NCBI GenBank assembly: GCA_046758445.1
Contig: JBHIAE010000005.1
Span: 40,465-104,464 of the forward strand
Source: Candidatus Thorarchaeota archaeon
GTDB taxonomy: Archaea; Asgardarchaeota; Thorarchaeia; Thorarchaeales; Thorarchaeaceae
DNA: 64,000 nt
Direction of reading: 5' to 3'
Shown here: piece by piece, positions 58,970 through 64,000 of the stretch
How the letters are laid out: every line of letters starts with the position of its first letter
Numbering within the stretch: the stretch's first letter is position 1
Translations under genes and position numbers: made by a program
The notes under the pieces: model-generated
The model's database searches: none
What the model was told of the DNA's origin: nothing
What the model saw: only the letters and a program-made list of their open reading frames with translations

Positions 58970-60571
58970 TCAGACGGCGAGTGCCGTAAGACTCCAGTTG
59001 ATGTAGAACACTGATTTGGTGTGATGTCCTGAAATTACATTGTCTGTCAGGCGAACTGTGAAAAGAACCTGCCAGCCTTGCTCTAGTTCTGTCGCCCATG
59101 GCCAGAACCACGCGTCGAATGTAACAAGATAGTTCGACCCCCTTTCCCTGATGTAGATGAGTTTTTCCCGGGGTGTCATGTTCAGGTGTACCATGTCTGG
59201 TGTTGTTAGTCCCACGAGATCAATGGTTGTCCTATTGCTGAAGAATGCAATAGCTCCAGCATCAACCATTGCTATGACTGCATCTTCAGGAGTGTTCTCT
59301 TGAAGCCACTTTCCAATCACGACTTGCTGCTCATTGATGTTCTTGATGGAATTGCCGTAGAGGTCTGCTTGATCCATGTATCCAACTGTAGAAGGAACAA
59401 TCAACAATAGGACTAGGACAATTCCCAGGATCCTAATGTCACGCGCGTATTCGGGTTTCTTAACATCAACTGTGAGTCCCTCGATGCCTACTCCTACCCC
59501 TGCTACGGTCAGCAACAAAAGAAGATTGAATATTGGGACTAGGTATCTTGCATTATTGATGAGGGCCTGCATTGGCATACTTAGTCTGTAGGCTCCGGTT
59601 AACCCTGCAGCAAAGGCCCACATGGTGGCACAACCGGTCTTCCCTTTTGCCATCAAATACGCTCCTCCAACGAAGCCTCCCATGATGAATGGAAGCTCTA
59701 TCAACCATACCCTCCACCAGAAGCTCCATACCTCAATGTCCCATTGCGTCGGCCCGTGTACCTTGGCAAAGAAGGTGTCTGGAAGTGGAGTTCCGTTGAT
59801 AGATATGCAATGAAGGATCCAAGGAGAAGCCACAATCAACGAAACCGCAAGCATAGCTCCGAGTGATTGAGCTCTCTTCATAGTAAGCTCCCCACTTTCC
59901 CATACTCTGACGATTCTCATCGGAAAACACAATGCGACCAGTAACATTCCCTCTGGTCGGGAAAGGTAGATTAGTCCACAGGCAATGCCAAGGAGAATGT
60001 CATACCTCCTCCCTGGAATCTCAAGAAGTACAAGGGCAAGAAGAATCGTGAACATGAAAATGGGCAGTTCCATTCCTGACAACATAAGCCACGTGTTCCG
60101 AGGTACAAGGACAAACCCAACAATCGCTGGAACGCTCCAAATGTAGCGACCAGTGTAACGGAACGCAAGGAGGCCAACGAGGAAGGAACTCCCGACATAT
60201 AATATAGCTGAAACGACATACACGCCAAAGATGATACTTGTTTCATCCTGTGCAAAGACGAAGACTGACGAGAGAATCACTGCCCATAAGGGGCTTGTCG
60301 CTCCTGCGCTGGGAACTCCGGAAGAATACTCCCAAGCTCTTCCTTCAAAGACTGTTCTTGCATACTGAAGATGTATCCATGAGTCATCCAAGGTGAAACC
60401 TACGTCTGTCCACGCAAACAACGTCAAGAGATAATGGATACATGAGAGCAGCGTCACCACTGCTGCAATCAAAAACAGGTGGATGTTCGGATTGATGGAC
60501 CGAATTCTGGCTACGAACCTTAGGAGCCTCTCCAGACTAGGATTCTGCTTCCATCCCTCGCCTTGAACCAA
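58970..60571 (-). CDS. GT-C fold membrane glycosyltransferase-like protein
   Basis: LDDSWIHLQYAR, GATSPLW, SGME, RPEG, LPDTFFAK, DAGAIAF...DLVGL. Confidence 0.8.
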   Translation of the reverse strand: MVQGEGWKQNPSLERLLRFVARIRSINPNIHLFLIAAVVTLLSCIHYLLTLFAWTDVGFTLDDSWIHLQYARTVFEGRAWEYSSGVPSAGATSPLWAVILSSVFVFAQDETSIIFGVYVVSAILYVGSSFLVGLLAFRYTGRYIWSVPAIVGFVLVPRNTWLMLSGMELPIFMFTILLALVLLEIPGRRYDILLGIACGLIYLSRPEGMLLVALCFPMRIVRVWESGELTMKRAQSLGAMLAVSLIVASPWILHCISINGTPLPDTFFAKVHGPTQWDIEVWSFWWRVWLIELPFIMGGFVGGAYLMAKGKTGCATMWAFAAGLTGAYRLSMPMQALINNARYLVPIFNLLLLLTVAGVGVGIEGLTVDVKKPEYARDIRILGIVLVLLLIVPSTVGYMDQADLYGNSIKNINEQQVVIGKWLQENTPEDAVIAMVDAGAIAFFSNRTTIDLVGLTTPDMVHLNMTPREKLIYIRERGSNYLVTFDAWFWPWATELEQGWQVLFTVRLTDNVISGHHTKSVFYINWSLTALAV

Positions 60572-60769
60572 TTTCCTCTCTCAATCGCGTCGTATAGGCA
60601 AGTGCACTTATTCCTTCTCCTATTGGTAAGGACCAGTTGCAGTTGCCTTTTGTCATTAGTCCCACTCGTCAGCCAGTGCTAGCAGGTTCTCCTTTCTTCT
60701 CCACAGAATGGCTCCAATTTCCGATGCAACTATACCACCGCCAGCCATTGACCCTGTCCCGTTGACGGC

Positions 60770-61862
60770 CTAGGATGAAGGGATCTCTTGTGGCATGTGT
60801 CGCTTTCTGTTCTTTAAGCCATTTCACAGGGAGGATGACATCGATTCAGATGAGCTGCTTTATTAGAAGCGAATAATGAAGAAGGGCTGGCTGTCGTGCG
60901 CGTTCACCTCCGTCGACAGCTTCTAGCTTGATGGTGTGAAGCCGACCTGGGATGCAAGACCCAGTCTGCCTTTCAACATCTGCTGAGCTGATTGGTTGAA
61001 GGCATGACAGCCACCTGCCCTCTTTGTTCAGGGAGATATATCATCGAGTAATATCCAACGCCGCTGGCCAAGCATCTTCAGTACCGTTCAGGTCGAGCCA
61101 CATCCAAGTCATGTTGGTCCAGATCCGAGATATAGCTTAGAACTGCCTCTGTTGGCGGTGCCCGAATGTGGATAGGCTACATGCTACAGCACCCCGACAA
61201 CACAAAGATCCTCGATGGCACCATGATAATGTTCGTGCACCATCTGTAACAGTCGAGATTGAAGGTATAGAATTGGCGATCTCGTCACCCTCACCCGGAT
61301 TAATCCTCATATGGTTCGATAAGTCTCACAAAAGGGCAACATCGTGAACCTCGCAGGAGAGAAGCTCAGCGAGGCGCACGTGATAAACGCAATGGCAGAG
61401 GCGTGTCGAAAGACTGGTGCTCAATTGATGGACTACTCCGTGGCGGGGGAAGTAGGCAAGGATATACCACACTATACCATAGCAGCGATGTCCAATGGAG
61501 GGGTGGATTCCTCGGACTTTGTCCATGCCTTTGAGGAGGCAGTTGGAAATGTGGACTGGGAATTCATCAACTTAAGAGGAATGGGTGCATTAGGTCCCAC
61601 TGTCCTCGTCAAGATGAGAACATCACAGCATGAGGAGATTGTCAAGAGCACCCATCTTCAGGCGAAACCTGTGCCGCTGACTACAGATAGGTCGGTGTTT
61701 GAGGTGTGCGAGGAGGCAACGCAAGAAGAGCCTTTTGAAACATGTTCCCATGGTTTGCAAGCGGTTTCGTTCTGTGGCTTCCCCTTGCCACATAAGCTAG
61801 TGAAATCTGAATTTCAGAGAGAAGATGGCTCAGCGCAGCTAAGAAGAAAAAAGGGGGTGTGA
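60770..61862 (+). pseudogene. Decayed GH3 (acyl-acid amido synthetase) family gene
   Basis: From 61263, in frame with the 61344 ORF: RYRIGDLVTL...VR*(TAA 61320)VSQKGNIVNLAGEKLSEAHV. Upstream fragments (WIGYMLQHPDNTKILDGTMI) are broken by stops. The 5' boundary is approximate. Confidence 0.75.
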
Positions 61863-62371
61863 CTTGGGCAATCATTGAGACCACCCAAGTACGATCGATT
61901 TACCAAGGTCCTGCTGGATAATGAGCGGGGTTTCTTGACTTCATGGTAGTTCGAAGTCTTGTTCACATTCATATGCTGAATGTCTGTGATGAGAAACTCG
62001 GACACTTGGAATGGATGACAGTTCAATTGTCTCGCAAAGACAAGAGCGTTGGATACTTAGACTTCTGTGGGACCATAAATAGCCAAATCCAAGTAGGTAA
62101 ACGGACCGTGTGTTACACACTTACTTTAGTGAGAACTCCAAATCGATGGCAGCGGGGCCTGCAGGAAGGATTTGTTTTGCACAAACTCTCTATCCTCCCC
62201 CCCAACACTTAGAATACACACCCTTACCCCCAACGACAGCGCTGCTGGCTCCGCTCACTCTTTCTTTCCAATAGACCTACCAAGGAGCTCAATGGATAGT
62301 GTTGGTGGGAAAGCGAAAAACAGTGTTAGCCTTGACCCGTAAACTAGGCCAAGGCTTCACGTTCGTTAGAA

Positions 62372-62959
62372 CTAGTATTCCTTGAAATGGAGCATGAAGT
62401 ACCCTCTGTCATGCTGACATGCCGGGCACTTATCTGGTGGGGAGTCGCCTTCGTGGATGTACCCACAATTGTCGCAGCGCCACTCGACTTTCTCCTTCTT
62501 CTTGAAGATTGACCCGTCTGCGATCTGCTCTGCAAGAGCGATGTAACGGCGATGATGCCATGATTCGGCATGGGCAATTGACGTCCAAGCGTGGGCGATG
62601 TTCGGAAAGCCTTCCTCCTCAGCAATCTTGGCAAATCCTGGATACATCTCTGTGTATTCGTACTTCTCACCAGCAGCAGCATGTCTGAGAATCTCCTCAG
62701 TACTCTCGTAACTGCCACTTGTTGGGAAGTCCCATTCTACCTTGATTGCTTCCGTGGCTCCACCCTCCTTCAGAAACTTGAAGAACCTCTCTGCATGCTC
62801 CTTCTCATGGCCGGCAGTCTCCAAGAAGATGGCAGATATATGAGCATAGCCCTCCTTCTTGGCAGTCTTGGCAGCCAACGTATACCTGTTGCGCGCCTGT
62901 GACTCTCCAGCAAAAGAAGTGAGCAGATTCTTTTCGGTCTTGGTTCCCTTGAGTTTCAT
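62372..62959 (-). CDS. rbr: Rubrerythrin
   Basis: FAGESQARNRY, EKEH, GEKYE, ESWH, C-terminal CDNCGY...CPAC. Confidence 0.95.
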   Translation of the reverse strand: MKLKGTKTEKNLLTSFAGESQARNRYTLAAKTAKKEGYAHISAIFLETAGHEKEHAERFFKFLKEGGATEAIKVEWDFPTSGSYESTEEILRHAAAGEKYEYTEMYPGFAKIAEEEGFPNIAHAWTSIAHAESWHHRRYIALAEQIADGSIFKKKEKVEWRCDNCGYIHEGDSPPDKCPACQHDRGYFMLHFKEY

Positions 62960-63105
62960 TCGTTTCTCCTCCGTCGTTCGAACTTGTGCAACCCTCTGTG
63001 GTCACCAAGTTCGTATCGAACAACGACTGGTTGGACTGCTGCTTTCGCTATTAAAGAGTACTCTAGGACCAAATCCTTTGGCCGCTTGTCTGTAATGCAT
63101 CGACT

Positions 63106-64000
63106 CTACTTGACTATCTTTGCAATCCTCTTGGCAAGTTCCTTGATTGCCCTACCCTCCTCTTTAGTGGGTCGAGCCCGACATCTTATCACAGGATCAA
63201 GCACTTCGAATCTGGCGTTTTCCAATTGGGTCTGAAGTTTCTTCACTCCACCACCGCCCCAGCCATACGTTCCGAAAAGGCCAATAGGTCTCTTAGGGAA
63301 TCTCTTCCCTTCCATCTCATTCACAAAAGCCCAGATCTTTGGAAACGGATATGCGTCGTAGGTTGGAGTTCCGATGATCAACACTCCTGCCCTGACTGAG
63401 TCTGTGATGACTTTGCTCATGTCGCTGTACGATATGTTGTGGATCTTCACCTCAATTCCCAGCTGCACCAACTCCTTCTTGAGAGTATGAGCGAGCCGGA
63501 GTGTGTATCCATACATTGACCCAAAGACAATTGTCACATACTTCTCCAGCTCGGGGCTGCTGAACTTGTCATAGTGGTCTATGACCCACATTGGATCTTT
63601 CCTATAGACTGGGCCATGGCTGGGTGCAATCATCTTTATGCCAATGCCCAAGTCCTTTACCTTCTGGATTCCCCTCTGAACGAACCTGAAGAAAGACGTG
63701 ATGATTGTGGAGAGATAACGCCTGCTCTCCATCTCAAACAGCCGCATGTCTACCTCATCATCATAGAGCTTGCCGTTCAATGTTCCATAAGATCCAAAGG
63801 CATCACACGAGAACAGAATCTCATCCTCCATGAGGTATGACATCATAGTTTCTGGCCAGTGCAAGAACTGGGCATGAACAAACTTCAGAGTCCTCTTCCC
63901 GAGAGATATCTCTTCGAGGTCCTCAACGATCTTCTGCTCTAGGGGTACATCAAAGAACGAGTCGCACATGGGTGCAGCTTTTGGTGTAAAGACCAGAGTA
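63106..64000 (-). CDS. fprA: Flavodiiron protein (FprA), 5' end beyond the right edge
   Basis: LHWPETM, SCDAFG, APSHG, SMYGYT, GTPTY, FGTYGWGGG; frame open to the window edge. Confidence 0.93.
   Translation of the reverse strand, partial: TLVFTPKAAPMCDSFFDVPLEQKIVEDLEEISLGKRTLKFVHAQFLHWPETMMSYLMEDEILFSCDAFGSYGTLNGKLYDDEVDMRLFEMESRRYLSTIITSFFRFVQRGIQKVKDLGIGIKMIAPSHGPVYRKDPMWVIDHYDKFSSPELEKYVTIVFGSMYGYTLRLAHTLKKELVQLGIEVKIHNISYSDMSKVITDSVRAGVLIIGTPTYDAYPFPKIWAFVNEMEGKRFPKRPIGLFGTYGWGGGGVKKLQTQLENARFEVLDPVIRCRARPTKEEGRAIKELAKRIAKIVK

Noticed and set aside
61943-62212. 89-aa plus-strand ORF after the GH3 relic
   Set aside because: No motif or ribosome-binding site; lies in a decayed region.
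1-64000. tRNA, rRNA, CRISPR array or IS element
   Set aside because: No cloverleaf, rRNA-like tract, regularly spaced repeats or transposase seen. T-loop-like words (e.g. GGTTCAAGTCC near 13469) lie inside CDSs.
1-64000. Selenocysteine or pyrrolysine read-through
   Set aside because: The TGA/TAG stops I checked fall at the natural ends of recognisable domains; the one clear in-frame interruption of a recognisable motif series (61320) is TAA.

Overview
Archaeal chromosomal DNA (about 50% GC, archaeal TATA-type promoters, many GTG/TTG starts). I infer an Asgard archaeon, probably Thorarchaeia, from two Roadblock/LC7 proteins, a 22-aa-periodic LRR protein and a SAMP/MoaD. No rRNA, tRNA, CRISPR array or transposase was found. 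Positions 1-23.7 kb are an anaerobic catabolic cluster of unknown substrate: a glycyl-radical enzyme running off the left edge (missed by the ORF track), a PLP aminotransferase, an RraA-type aldolase, a URO-D/MtaA-like protein, an FAD/Fe-S dehydrogenase pair, APC and MFS transporters, two DUF917 paralogues flanking a divergent metallophosphoesterase / nucleotidyltransferase-fold pair, a hydantoin racemase, an LLM reductase and a tungsten AOR with ferredoxin. Positions 24-60 kb mix housekeeping genes with the most unusual proteins: a gingipain/caspase-fold peptidase with no signal peptide, a subtilase built like eukaryotic site-1 protease, a 2025-aa surface protein with nested (bracketed) domain halves and a cytoplasmic HeH tail, a His-less PEP swivel domain, an NPP1/Vps62-like protein and two tandem stand-alone 7TM proteins. 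The right end has a decayed GH3-family pseudogene, rubrerythrin and a partial flavodiiron protein. All family calls come from motif recognition by eye; no database searches were run.
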